Both the position numbers and the translations under genes were made by a program. 64,000 nucleotides of DNA from sequence record NC_048170.1. One strand, written 5' to 3'. The notes under the pieces are model-generated. The model searched no databases, had not been told where the DNA came from, and saw only the letters and a program-made list of their open reading frames with translations. Position 1 is the first letter of the stretch; the number at the start of each line of letters is the position of its first letter. This document shows positions 39,752 to 48,962 of the stretch, piece after piece.

Positions 39752-40533
39752 CAGAATTCCTCTAGGTTGCTGCTGCTAATAGTCCCCGTCGTAGACGGCA
39801 TGTTTCTACTGCTCGCTGACGCTGTTGTTGAAGAAGTTCTGGCTAGATTCAATCCATTTAATAACCCACGCTCTTTTACCGTACGACGTGAACCATCACG
39901 AACGTCGTAAAGGGGTACGTTATAATGGTCAAAAATCCGAAGCCATTGCACGTAATCAGCAACAACATGGTCTTTGCTTTCATTCGGGGCAAAGCGATCA
40001 AGCTGATGGTCGACGTAAGCTTTAGCGCTTTCAGGATTGAAGTTATACTGTCGACGTGCTTTGTCCACCATCGCGAGGAAACATGTGTTGGGGTCACGAT
40101 TGATGTATGAACGTGTCCGGATAAAGATAGCCGGTACCGTAAACAGAACCTTGTTGTTATTCCCATCAGCAACGATGTTAACCGCGCGATGTGGTTGGCC
40201 TGCTATCTTGCACCAATCGTGAACAATGGTACTATTACTCAGCATCTCCGCGTATTCAGGATCCTGTGAAAACATTCCTGCGAACGGATACAAGAAATGT
40301 TTAACAAACAGCGACTCAGGCAGGATGTTGGGACGCGTCATCTCTTGTAAACCTTTTCGTAGAAGCTCGCTGTTGTCTACCAGCTCCTGCCACATGTCTG
40401 GTCGTGTTTTCGGGATGGACGGATCCTGAGCGCGGCGAATGCGCTCTTCCTCATTTACAACCACTACCCCAGCCGGATACCCCAATAAATCCGTTCCTTC
40501 GCTAACGTTGCTGTTAGTTTGGCGCGCCTTCAT
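39751..40533 (-). CDS. conserved hypothetical protein
   Basis: 260-aa ORF in the core block. Confidence 0.7.
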   Translation of the reverse strand: MKARQTNSNVSEGTDLLGYPAGVVVVNEEERIRRAQDPSIPKTRPDMWQELVDNSELLRKGLQEMTRPNILPESLFVKHFLYPFAGMFSQDPEYAEMLSNSTIVHDWCKIAGQPHRAVNIVADGNNNKVLFTVPAIFIRTRSYINRDPNTCFLAMVDKARRQYNFNPESAKAYVDHQLDRFAPNESKDHVVADYVQWLRIFDHYNVPLYDVRDGSRRTVKERGLLNGLNLARTSSTTASASSRNMPSTTGTISSSNLEEF

Positions 40534-40921
40534 TTACTTCCTCCTGCCACTTGATAAAATTACCACGCTCGGATCGCAGAACACCACCCAAATCGTACGA
40601 TATACCTTTCTCTGTGACAATCCCACCAATCTGGAGATCAACACGTTCCGTCGTCGGATCGATATACTTGACGCGGACTTTCAATTCCACGCGATCGTAA
40701 TAACGCATTAAATAATCATACAACATCCGGTATGTCGCATCTTCCAATTTGGGTGCGCTATACTGCGATGTTGCAATGAGGTACGGTAATGAAACGATAG
40801 AGCCTTGGTAGCAATACGACTGGGAATAATTCGATATTGCAAAATTGGTCATTAACCCATCCAGCTTTTTTCCCGACGCGGTTAAAAAGCTTGACAGCCC
40901 AGGTAATGGATTCGATGCCAT
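40514..40921 (-). CDS. conserved hypothetical protein
   Basis: 135-aa ORF with GAGG RBS. Confidence 0.7.
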   Translation of the reverse strand: MASNPLPGLSSFLTASGKKLDGLMTNFAISNYSQSYCYQGSIVSLPYLIATSQYSAPKLEDATYRMLYDYLMRYYDRVELKVRVKYIDPTTERVDLQIGGIVTEKGISYDLGGVLRSERGNFIKWQEEVNEGAPN

Positions 40922-40934
40922 GAGGAACTCCTCT

Positions 40935-41384
40935 TTAAGCGTAATTCATTCCAACCAATCTATCGTAGTTAGGCATATGTCCTAACTCCAGTTCGACAGG
41001 CATGGATACATTGGTGCGCGGCGCGTAAAATGTTCGCGTATGCATATCGATATACCCACAGTCCAAATAAACAATATCGGACAACTCCGTCGGATGTTTA
41101 GGCGCGGGAATCTTTAATCGATTATAACACTCAAGCTGCCACCAGGCGTGAAAAAAGTTATTGTAGGCGTACGATTTACTGTTAGCAATTTTAAGACCGT
41201 AGATCACCCATAACGCCGCCATGAAGTTGGTCGCGTTAATTCGCATCGGTTGTTCATTATTGAGCATGTACGTGTAGGTAAATAACGGTGTGTTACCATC
41301 ACCGAAACGTCCGACCAGGGTATTGTTCGTGTGTTCGACCTCAAAGGAAAAATGCTGGCTGCTATTGCCATCAAAATGGATCAT
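40935..41384 (-). CDS. hypothetical protein
   Basis: Start set at MIHFDG (GAGGAG RBS). Confidence 0.65.
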   Translation of the reverse strand: MIHFDGNSSQHFSFEVEHTNNTLVGRFGDGNTPLFTYTYMLNNEQPMRINATNFMAALWVIYGLKIANSKSYAYNNFFHAWWQLECYNRLKIPAPKHPTELSDIVYLDCGYIDMHTRTFYAPRTNVSMPVELELGHMPNYDRLVGMNYA

Positions 41385-41464
41385 TCCGTTCTCCTCAAGC
41401 TTTTTCATTTCATAGAGTGGTGGAAATTCGTAGAAAGTTACAAAAATAAAAAAGAATGGGCAGC

Positions 41465-41490
41465 CCCTCCCCACCCGAAGGTAGGGAGGG
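41465..41490 (-). terminator. intrinsic terminator
   Basis: CCCTCCC...GGGAGGG hairpin followed by a T-rich tract on minus. Confidence 0.6.
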
Positions 41491-41503
41491 ACCGCAAATA
41501 TAC

Positions 41504-41989
41504 TTAAACCAAAGCTGCGATAACGTCGTTAACATTACGGCCTCGCAACTCTGCCGCTAAACGAATAACTTCATCCAGGGAACGGTTTGTACGAATCTTG
41601 GCCACTTTCCAATTTTCAGGATACTGTTCGAAGTTAAGCAACCAAGTCATTACCTTTGCTTGTTCCATACCGTTGAGTTTGATTGTCGTGCGCGGATTGG
41701 CTTTGAACCACTTCTTGCTCAGCTGTGCCATACGGCGAACAGGGTAAGCGTAAGCGCGAGTCCAGTCTTTGGACAGATTGTCGAGTAATTCACAGTAGCT
41801 GTTGTCGTAGTCTTTGTTGATACGACGTAATAACCAGTTGGCGGTCATCTGATAAAGTTTATCATCTTCACGTAACCGCATACCCGCTACTGCTAAATAA
41901 ACGATAAGACCTGCGCCCAGGATGAGAGACAGGATAAACAGAATTTGGGTTTCTTGTGCTAAAGTCATTTTACTATCCTCGGATTTCAT
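41504..41989 (-). CDS. N-terminally membrane-anchored protein
   Basis: ILFILSLILGAGLIVYLAVAGM transmembrane segment. Confidence 0.7.
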   Translation of the reverse strand: MKSEDSKMTLAQETQILFILSLILGAGLIVYLAVAGMRLREDDKLYQMTANWLLRRINKDYDNSYCELLDNLSKDWTRAYAYPVRRMAQLSKKWFKANPRTTIKLNGMEQAKVMTWLLNFEQYPENWKVAKIRTNRSLDEVIRLAAELRGRNVNDVIAALV

Positions 41990-42053
41990 TAGGATTTAAT
42001 TTCCAATATAAGGGCAATGTGATATGCCTTATACAGTCGATTGATGTTGTACA

Positions 42054-42078
42054 TCACGTAAGTAATATAGCCGTGAAA
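42054..42078 (-). promoter_or_regulatory. putative early promoter (copy 2)
   Basis: Identical 25-mer to 18785-18809. Confidence 0.7.
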
Positions 42079-42087
42079 AATGTTGGA

Positions 42088-42885
42088 TTAACGTGTTCTC
42101 CTATCACGATGCGTATACGACTGAAGACCGATGTCCATATGCGGTAACGTCAGCGTCTGCCAGATCTGTCGTGCGTAACGATCGAGCGTATGATCATCAG
42201 TAACACAATCGACGGGTTCGATGAGGTGAGTCGTATACTGGCTTTTCTCAGAGAAAGGTTCGATGTTAGCTGTATCTCCTAATCCGCTTTTCACCGTGAA
42301 GACAAGACGTGTGACTACCATCGCCTTATGCTGCTGTTCATTATAGCGAAGGCTACGATATACCGCATAGCTCCCTCCTTTTAGGCTTCGGGTATAACGA
42401 AGGTCGGAGGTCGTCTCGGAAATCTGATACAGCATCCAGTCCAACGTATCACGCCAGTACGCATCATCCACATCAGGAACTGTAATACCATACCGCGTAG
42501 GCAGCAGTTCTAAAAGCAATTTATAAAGTCCGCGACGCAAGCCATGCTCTTCTGTTTCCGATAAACCGTTTCCAACATAACGTGAAATACGCGTACGTAA
42601 ATACGTACGGATGAACATATTCGCCATCAGTGTTTTCACTCTGCTACTGGTATCCTCAAAGCGATCAACGCTGAAACTCGTTTCAATCAGCCGTCCATTA
42701 AAATACAATGCGGCAACATACATCGCATTACTGCTATCACGTTCAATGTTTAAACGTCCGCAGATATTGGCTGCGTCGTTCATGGTAAATTCTAACTTAT
42801 CGTGTTCGATACGATAGATAATATCCTCTTGGGTTGCTAGGCTCGCAATACGACGATAGCCCGGAGAAGTACGTTTTACACTCAT
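42088..42885 (-). CDS. hypothetical protein
   Basis: Start set at MSVKR (GAGG RBS). Confidence 0.7.
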   Translation of the reverse strand: MSVKRTSPGYRRIASLATQEDIIYRIEHDKLEFTMNDAANICGRLNIERDSSNAMYVAALYFNGRLIETSFSVDRFEDTSSRVKTLMANMFIRTYLRTRISRYVGNGLSETEEHGLRRGLYKLLLELLPTRYGITVPDVDDAYWRDTLDWMLYQISETTSDLRYTRSLKGGSYAVYRSLRYNEQQHKAMVVTRLVFTVKSGLGDTANIEPFSEKSQYTTHLIEPVDCVTDDHTLDRYARQIWQTLTLPHMDIGLQSYTHRDRRTR

Positions 42886-42920
42886 GATTGTCCTCGTTTT
42901 CAATTTTAAGATTGCATGCG

Positions 42921-42952
42921 GCATAAACCCTCCCCGCCTTATGCAGGGAGGG
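42921..42952 (-). terminator. intrinsic terminator
   Basis: ACCCTCCC...GGGAGGGT, then TTTATGC. Confidence 0.7.
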
Positions 42953-42967
42953 TAGCCATTAAATGGA

Positions 42968-43606
42968 TTAACCTAATTTACCACCGGCGATGTTGGTGAA
43001 ATCTTCGCCATCAGGAACTTGCAGTAGGATACGTGCCATGTCCCAGTTGGTTAATGTGATTGCTTTATCATCGATACTCAGTTCTGGTAGGTCGAGTTCA
43101 TGATCATCAAACTCGTAGGAAATACTCCACGTTTCGTCTGTTTTAGGATCGGTTATCAACACACCGTCTGTTACACGCATGTAGTCCGGATGCAGTTCAT
43201 TACTGAATGTGCTGAACGGATCGGTGTAACATTCAGCATACCCCTCGATCTGCTGACGCTGTGCCTTCGTACGTAATTCAGGGCATGCCATGATCAGTTG
43301 TCGAGATATGCCGTTTGCGGCACGGAAGTCTTCCACGGTGTTACATGGCATAACCACATCGTCATGGAAGATGTTCTCCGATTGTCTCAGCAAAGTCTTA
43401 CGGAGTTCAGCATAGTTTATCTGATTGAATGCATCGAACGTTGCTAACGATTCAGCGTAAAAATGCTTTACGTGTTCGCTTGCACCGCCGAGACTATTCA
43501 TCAACTTGTGACCGTACTCCATGAAACTTTTATCGAGACCGGAGGACATTTCTCCGAACCTCAGTGCACGATAACTGTCTCGTCCACCTGTAAATATTTG
43601 CGCCAT
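42968..43606 (-). CDS. conserved chimallivirus protein downstream of nvRNAP beta'-N
   Basis: 212 aa; AAGGAGG RBS; core-block position. Confidence 0.7.
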   Translation of the reverse strand: MAQIFTGGRDSYRALRFGEMSSGLDKSFMEYGHKLMNSLGGASEHVKHFYAESLATFDAFNQINYAELRKTLLRQSENIFHDDVVMPCNTVEDFRAANGISRQLIMACPELRTKAQRQQIEGYAECYTDPFSTFSNELHPDYMRVTDGVLITDPKTDETWSISYEFDDHELDLPELSIDDKAITLTNWDMARILLQVPDGEDFTNIAGGKLG

Positions 43607-43621
43607 TACAGGCGTCCTCCT

Positions 43622-43858
43622 TTAGCAATGGGTGTTAGTTGCTTCTATTTCGTCAAGATAAGGTTCTACGTCATCGCCCTCCACGAATTCGTTGAACCAG
43701 CAGTCAATGGTAGAAATAACCGGTGACTGGTGTTCACATTTCTTAGATACCTTAAAAGGTACGTTATTATCCATCATACCGAGTTCGGGTCGAAAACGCC
43801 CGAAATGTTTCGCAGTCCAAATGTCTGGGACGATATGGTTGTTCATCGTGGTGTTCAG
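43622..43858 (-). CDS. nvRNAP beta'-N subunit, exon 3 (LNTTMNNH...)
   Basis: Begins CTG AAC right after the terminal G of intron 2; completes DFDGDA|LN in frame. Confidence 0.82.
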   Translation of the reverse strand: MNTTMNNHIVPDIWTAKHFGRFRPELGMMDNNVPFKVSKKCEHQSPVISTIDCWFNEFVEGDDVEPYLDEIEATNTHC

Positions 43859-44201
43859 CATGAGTCGCTACCTCATACCCGCAGCTTTACCTGCAGCTTC
43901 CGGTGTTACCGGAATGTCCAGAATACATCTTATCCATATTCCAAATGGAACGTAGGACTTCCGCGCTGGATCTCGCTTGAGACCACGTATTCGTTGAACG
44001 TTCTCCTGAACGGAGCTTCGCTGCTGATCGAACATTGTCGCGTACGGTAGGCGTCCCCGAAGGGATTGTCATTGAAGCCGCGTACATCCGCTACCTTGTT
44101 TCTACCTTATCGGTTCCTCTTACGAGGCGTAGCGGCCTTAGCCCTTCCCAGCAATTCACGGAATCCAAGCTCTTCCTTTCGGAAGGCAGGGCCTATGATT
44201 A
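43859..44201 (-). mobile_element. group I intron 2 (343 nt, ORF-less, IA-like)
   Basis: 5' splice site after U, terminal G. P AAUUGCUGGGAA (44145-56), Q GAUCAGCAGC (44020-29), R GUUCAACGAAUAC (43987-99), S AAGAUGUAUUC (43921-31). P3 GGAUUCCG/CGGAAGUCC; P9 hairpins present. Confidence 0.85.
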
Positions 44202-44214
44202 AGCGTCACCGTCG
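44202..44214 (-). CDS. nvRNAP beta'-N subunit, 13-nt micro-exon 2 (C GAC GGT GAC GCT, giving F-D-G-D-A)
   Basis: The only way to restore NADFDGD; pairs with P10 of intron 1 and P1 of intron 2. Confidence 0.85.
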
Positions 44215-45654
44215 CTTACGTGCACCGACGTTTATTAACTCATGGTTATCCACTGAAATACGGCGTTAGGGAAATAATCCTTCTTGCCGCGTTTTGAGAT
44301 TTGCAATGCCATATTACTCGGAGACAATCTGTAATGCCATGCTGCTTCATCGATAGAACTAAACTTCTTTGTTTCACCGTTATCAAAGATGATTTTCAAC
44401 GCCAGTTTAGGTAAATCGTCTTCCGTTTCTACTAATTCGAAAGAATCGATATTCTCTGCCAGCGTCAACGGATCAACTGGTAATATCAGCCAACCAGCAC
44501 GCTGCAATCCTCCACGTAGACTAATTTGTTTATTCAACGCAGGGGTAGCCATGCCAACTAACTTAGCAGCCAGCTTGCGGTCTTTAATATAAAGACGATA
44601 ATCTCCGGTATTATTAATAGCATACACACCAAAGTTATTGAACGATACCTTTCCAGCATCGGAACTAGTAAAGCCTACAAAGTCGTGGCTGTCGGTAGCC
44701 ACGTCGTATTTAAATGCTAATGGCTTGTTTCGACTGCCGCTAAGATACTTCTTGGCTGTAGATACCGATATGTTGAGATATCGTCCAATAGCATTCAAAC
44801 TTTCTAGTTCGATGATTTCTCCTGTCAATATGTCCTTTAACCGAACATTACCCATCGGTATTGGTGGTTTACCGACATAACCCAATTCACGATATGCGTG
44901 TTTCAAGTTATCTGAATCAGTAGCCCATTCCAAATTTTCTAGTCTGTTATCCCAACGCACCCCATTAAGATGATTAGGGACACGACGGATTATACCTGAC
45001 GTCGGATCTGGGTTAAATGTTTCAAGGACAATCTGATGATGGTATTTCACTTTATTGTTCCTAGTGAAAGCGCGATAGTTGTTTTTGCCCGACTTGGGTG
45101 GTTCAGTACGAAACAACACTGTCAGACTAGACACATCTACTATCGTACCGTTCTTATTAACAACGATACCATCAAAACCATTAACAGGACGATAATCAGA
45201 CAAACAATCTTCAGAAATTGCCTGTCCAACTAAAGGTTCACTCAATTTGACCTCCTTTATAAAAGAAGTCGGTGCACGTAATTATCGACTATATCTTCAT
45301 CCTCGTTGCGAGGAGTCTCCCGTTTTGGTCTGTGTTTAACAGAGCCTACTCTACTCGACATCGCGTCTTTCGATAGTCTGTGAGCACACATCTTAACGAA
45401 CATTCGTGGATTCCTAAACAGGTGAACGTTCTTGTTGAGATGCTTCGCTGCGGATTATTCCCGTCCTACCTCTTTTACCCTACCCAGTTCATTACGCTGG
45501 CCCTCATCTGTGTCACCACGATGAGTTGGTGTGTAGTCCGATTACAGAAACTTCCCGTCAATTAGAGAGTTTTAACTACGTTCCTGTTACCAGAAACCCG
45601 ACTCCGACGATATCAATAAATCAACGTAAGTTATTGATTTAATTGAAGAAACTG
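44215..45654 (-). mobile_element. group I intron 1 (1440 nt) carrying an HNH homing endonuclease
   Basis: Internal guide AUCGUCG-GAGUCGG (45598-45611) pairs with exon 1 CCGACUU (U.G at the splice site) and exon 2 CGACGGU. P 45552-63, Q 45447-56, R 45371-85, S 45288-98. A 14-bp P9 stem (45268-81/44216-29) encloses the ORF; terminal G at 44215. Confidence 0.9.
44235..45245 (-). CDS. intron-encoded HNH homing endonuclease (NUMOD4/I-HmuI-like with C-terminal HTH-type DNA-binding repeats)
   Basis: YHHQIVLETF...NHLNGVRWDNRLENLEWAT..DN..HA; TTG start with AAGGAGGT RBS. Confidence 0.9.
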   Translation of the reverse strand: MSEPLVGQAISEDCLSDYRPVNGFDGIVVNKNGTIVDVSSLTVLFRTEPPKSGKNNYRAFTRNNKVKYHHQIVLETFNPDPTSGIIRRVPNHLNGVRWDNRLENLEWATDSDNLKHAYRELGYVGKPPIPMGNVRLKDILTGEIIELESLNAIGRYLNISVSTAKKYLSGSRNKPLAFKYDVATDSHDFVGFTSSDAGKVSFNNFGVYAINNTGDYRLYIKDRKLAAKLVGMATPALNKQISLRGGLQRAGWLILPVDPLTLAENIDSFELVETEDDLPKLALKIIFDNGETKKFSSIDEAAWHYRLSPSNMALQISKRGKKDYFPNAVFQWITMS

Positions 45655-46910
45655 AAGTCGGCATTATAACCTTTGAGGATCATCACGCTTAACCCGATGG
45701 TGTTATCCTGCGGATCGCGTTTAACCTTGGTGATTTCAAGACATTGGTTACTGCTTCGGTCAAGTGATGGGTTTCGAACAAAGCCACACACAATCCCATC
45801 GAACGGTGTATCAGCAATAAGCTCATCGTGCAGCTCGCTCATCATCGGATGATAATTACGGACATGTTCCGCAACGAACGCACGTGCTGCTCTCGGTGAA
45901 TAACCACGATGGAATAACTTGGATTGGATATGTTCTTTATTGGTTAAAGTAAATGGTGCGTATGGGAAATGCAGATGATAATAACGATGGTTCGCTGTTA
46001 TCGAACTGATTACAGTACGCGTGGTGAATGGATGTAATGTACCTAATATGTTTTTACGTGTAATACCTTTCTTCTTACCGATGAACTCATCGAAAATCGC
46101 CGCGTGGTATTGCAGCAGCTTCAATTGCACTTTCGCCATCCAGTTTTCTTTCTTTCTGGCGCTCAAAGGTGTTGTTGGATGATAGATACTATTCAACGTA
46201 CCGATAGCATCGATCGCACCTTCCATTTTGCTATCTGCATAACGACCGGTCGGCGTATTTTCGATAACGAACATCATGGCCGCAGGAAAGCTGATATACT
46301 GACTGAAGAACTTATCACGATGGATTCGGATGAATTCTCGTAGCGTGTCAACTTTCTCCGTGTTCTTCGGTCCACGTAACGTAGGTCCTTTATACAAGAT
46401 CTCCATGATGCGATCGAAGTTCTGTATAAAGCTATTTACGCCACGACGTATCCCGAATACATCGAATTGCTGCTCCAGATAGTTCTTGAGTTCGATGGGT
46501 CGTTTTACATTTGGACGGTAACTGGCATCAATGAGCCACGTCATCGTTTCAAAGCTTTTGATATTCAACTCGCTTGCCAGCACGAGATGGACCAACGGGT
46601 TAATGAACGCATCGATTCCTTCAGGAACACGCGCCCAAACCGTCGAACGAATCTCTTGTTCTGCTGGGTAGGTTACAACCGTTTTACAGTTTGGACACAC
46701 CGTGCCGAGTAGCTCACCACGATTGTAGAAACCACAACCACATTGTGGTGTGATATCCAACGTATCGCTGGAATAAACACGGGTGATAAAACTGTTTAAT
46801 TTCTTCTTCTCTTCGACGACTTTTGTATCGTAATCGTTCAACAAAATCGGCGTAAAAGGAAGTTCTGCGAGCTGTCTATCGAAACTCACGATATCGAGCA
46901 TGATGGCCAT
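45655..46910 (-). CDS. non-virion RNAP beta'-like subunit, N-terminal part (phiKZ gp55-like), exon 1; spliced product 501 aa
   Basis: CGCG/CPNC Zn ribbon, KKGITRKNILG, RTVISS, RNPSL; ends GYNADF at the intron. Exons total 1256+13+237 = 1506 nt, in frame. Confidence 0.92.
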
Positions 46911-46952
46911 GGGGTATCTCCTACAAATGAAAAAGAACGTTAGGACGTATAA

Positions 46953-46976
46953 GGGAGGGAGGTTGCCCTCCCTCCC
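46953..46976 (-). terminator. terminator after chimallin
   Basis: Perfect 10-bp stem GGGAGGGAGG/CCTCCCTCCC with a 4-nt loop. Confidence 0.65.
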
Positions 46977-47002
46977 GTCAGATTACATCGAACGTTCTTC
47001 CA

Positions 47003-48898
47003 TTAGAACAGGTTGAATGCCCCACCCATGTTGTTAACGCCAACATTCGGACGATCGCTACGTGCGTAGATGTTACCGGAGATGTTACCCAGACCACGAG
47101 CACGTGCTGCCATGTTACCACGAACAGCGGTACCTGCCAGATGCTGGATGTTCTCAGGACGGATGGTGAAGCCAGCATCAGCAGCGGCTTCGATCAGCGC
47201 CTGCAGTGCTAACGGATCGAAGTCGTAACGCATTGCCCAGCCGGTTTGTTCCCAGCTACCAGACAGAACACGATCGATGATTTCGTGACGAGCGACAACA
47301 CGCTGAGACATCGTCATATCGGTACGGTCGAAGCTGTCTTCCCAAGCTTCTACGGTATCCGGGTTAGTGATGTTCATCATGTACAGATCGTCCATATCAC
47401 GAATATCGTGACGGTGACCATCCTGGTGGTTGTAGTGACCCAGCGGGATACGGTTACCGGTAGCGTAGACCAGCGGTAAGCCGTATTGATATTTCTTGCT
47501 GAAGCAACCCAGGGTAACATCATCGAACGCACGGTAAAGCGCTTTGTAACCTTCGGAGATTTCACGGACTTCACCTTCAACTTTGCCCGTATAGATCTTC
47601 TCAGCCGCCGGGATCATACGCAGCAGCCAGCTGTACTCACCTTCTTCCGGTACGTCGATAGAAATCAGCAGAGACGGATACAGTACCTGTTGCAGGAACT
47701 TGTAAATCTGCTCGTTGGTTTGAGTGGACAGATCCAGCGGTGCGGTAACTTCCGGATCCAGTACCATCGCCAGAGCACCCGGGTTATGCGGACCAATACC
47801 ACGGGCAGCGTTGCTGATTAAAGACTGTGCCCACGCCATACCGCTGTTCAGCGTAGCGATGGTGCCAATCAGCCCCAACACGAAAGTGTTCGGCGTGAAC
47901 GCATCCAGCTCCAGCGGGTAAGCGCTGGTCATCACGTAACGCGGCTGGTATTGTACAGTCGGCGGTACCGGATAACCGTTAACCAGAACAGGGCCTTGGT
48001 TGAAGGTCGGGTTCTGCGGGCTGTAGGTCAGGTCGATGTAACCGGTGGTGGCGACCAGACGCTGTTGACTATCGTAATCGCTCATCGCTTGACGGATACG
48101 GTTAGAGATAGTTACAGTGATGTCAGAACGCACAGGGTTACCAACAATATCGCTGTCCTGCATACCGCTGGTGTTATACTGAACGCTGCTGATTGGCTGA
48201 TCGCTTGCCATCATGCCCAGGTTGAACTGCGGCAGACCCAGTTTATCACCGAGACGGATTTCGATCGCGGTTTGGATTGCGTTATCTGCAGCAGACAGCA
48301 GGGTGGTTGCCAGATGCGCAGATTCAGCGGTGATTTCATTGGTCACCACAGCCAGACCAGCGATACGAGCAGTACCATTAGACTTACCGCCAATAGCTGC
48401 ATACATTGCCGCCATGACTTCGTTGATGAACGTACCGTTCAGGTTATCAACCCAGGTACGCGGTACCAGAATGTTACCATGCGGACCTTGTTCTTCACGA
48501 CGCGGCAGCGGAGCCAAACCGGCAACCAGCGGAAGCACATAACCAAAGAAGTGGTTATGGTCACCAACTTTTGCACCACTCATAACGACCAGGGTCGGAT
48601 ACGGTACGCTGTACTGGTTCGGGTCAACCGCAACAAAGATGAAGTCGTCTTTGAACCGGGTATCTTCCAGATATTTCTCCATCAGACGACGGAGATTCAG
48701 TACCTGCTCGGAGCCAGTATTACGGCTAATACGACGGCTCAGTGTACGGTTGATCGTACGCATCGTATGAGTTACTTTAGGCTGGCCAGCAAAATCTGCA
48801 GCGGTTTCCAGCGCCTCATCAGCACGTTGTGCGGTGCGGGTTTCAGCTGCACGAATTTCTACATTATCGTTACCGTTATTACGTACGTCTAAGCCCAT
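47003..48898 (-). CDS. chmA: chimallin, the major phage nuclear shell protein
   Basis: 631 aa; directly upstream of the gp55-like RNAP subunit (phiKZ gp54 position); sequence recalled as matching Goslar-type chimallin; codon choice typical of high expression. Confidence 0.92.
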   Translation of the reverse strand: MGLDVRNNGNDNVEIRAAETRTAQRADEALETAADFAGQPKVTHTMRTINRTLSRRISRNTGSEQVLNLRRLMEKYLEDTRFKDDFIFVAVDPNQYSVPYPTLVVMSGAKVGDHNHFFGYVLPLVAGLAPLPRREEQGPHGNILVPRTWVDNLNGTFINEVMAAMYAAIGGKSNGTARIAGLAVVTNEITAESAHLATTLLSAADNAIQTAIEIRLGDKLGLPQFNLGMMASDQPISSVQYNTSGMQDSDIVGNPVRSDITVTISNRIRQAMSDYDSQQRLVATTGYIDLTYSPQNPTFNQGPVLVNGYPVPPTVQYQPRYVMTSAYPLELDAFTPNTFVLGLIGTIATLNSGMAWAQSLISNAARGIGPHNPGALAMVLDPEVTAPLDLSTQTNEQIYKFLQQVLYPSLLISIDVPEEGEYSWLLRMIPAAEKIYTGKVEGEVREISEGYKALYRAFDDVTLGCFSKKYQYGLPLVYATGNRIPLGHYNHQDGHRHDIRDMDDLYMMNITNPDTVEAWEDSFDRTDMTMSQRVVARHEIIDRVLSGSWEQTGWAMRYDFDPLALQALIEAAADAGFTIRPENIQHLAGTAVRGNMAARARGLGNISGNIYARSDRPNVGVNNMGGAFNLF

Positions 48899-48962
48899 TT
48901 GGGATTCCTCTTTTCTTAAACTTTATTAAATGACGTCATTGAATCAGCTTCTACTCGCTCAT

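Noticed and set aside
43887-44087. 66-aa ORF in the track (MYAASM...), and the 79-aa ORF starting at ATG 43861
   Set aside because: The first lies inside the intron 2 ribozyme core. For the second, the G of its ATG is the intron's terminal G, so it is exon 3 rather than a separate gene.
45639-45654. C-terminus SFFN* of the 423-aa ORF
   Set aside because: This is read-through into intron 1; the real protein continues after splicing.
47951-48892. 313-aa plus-strand ORF antisense to chimallin (also 34128-34988 and 26530-26994)
   Set aside because: These are shadow ORFs created by the biased codon usage of the sense genes; they lack an RBS and recognisable motifs.
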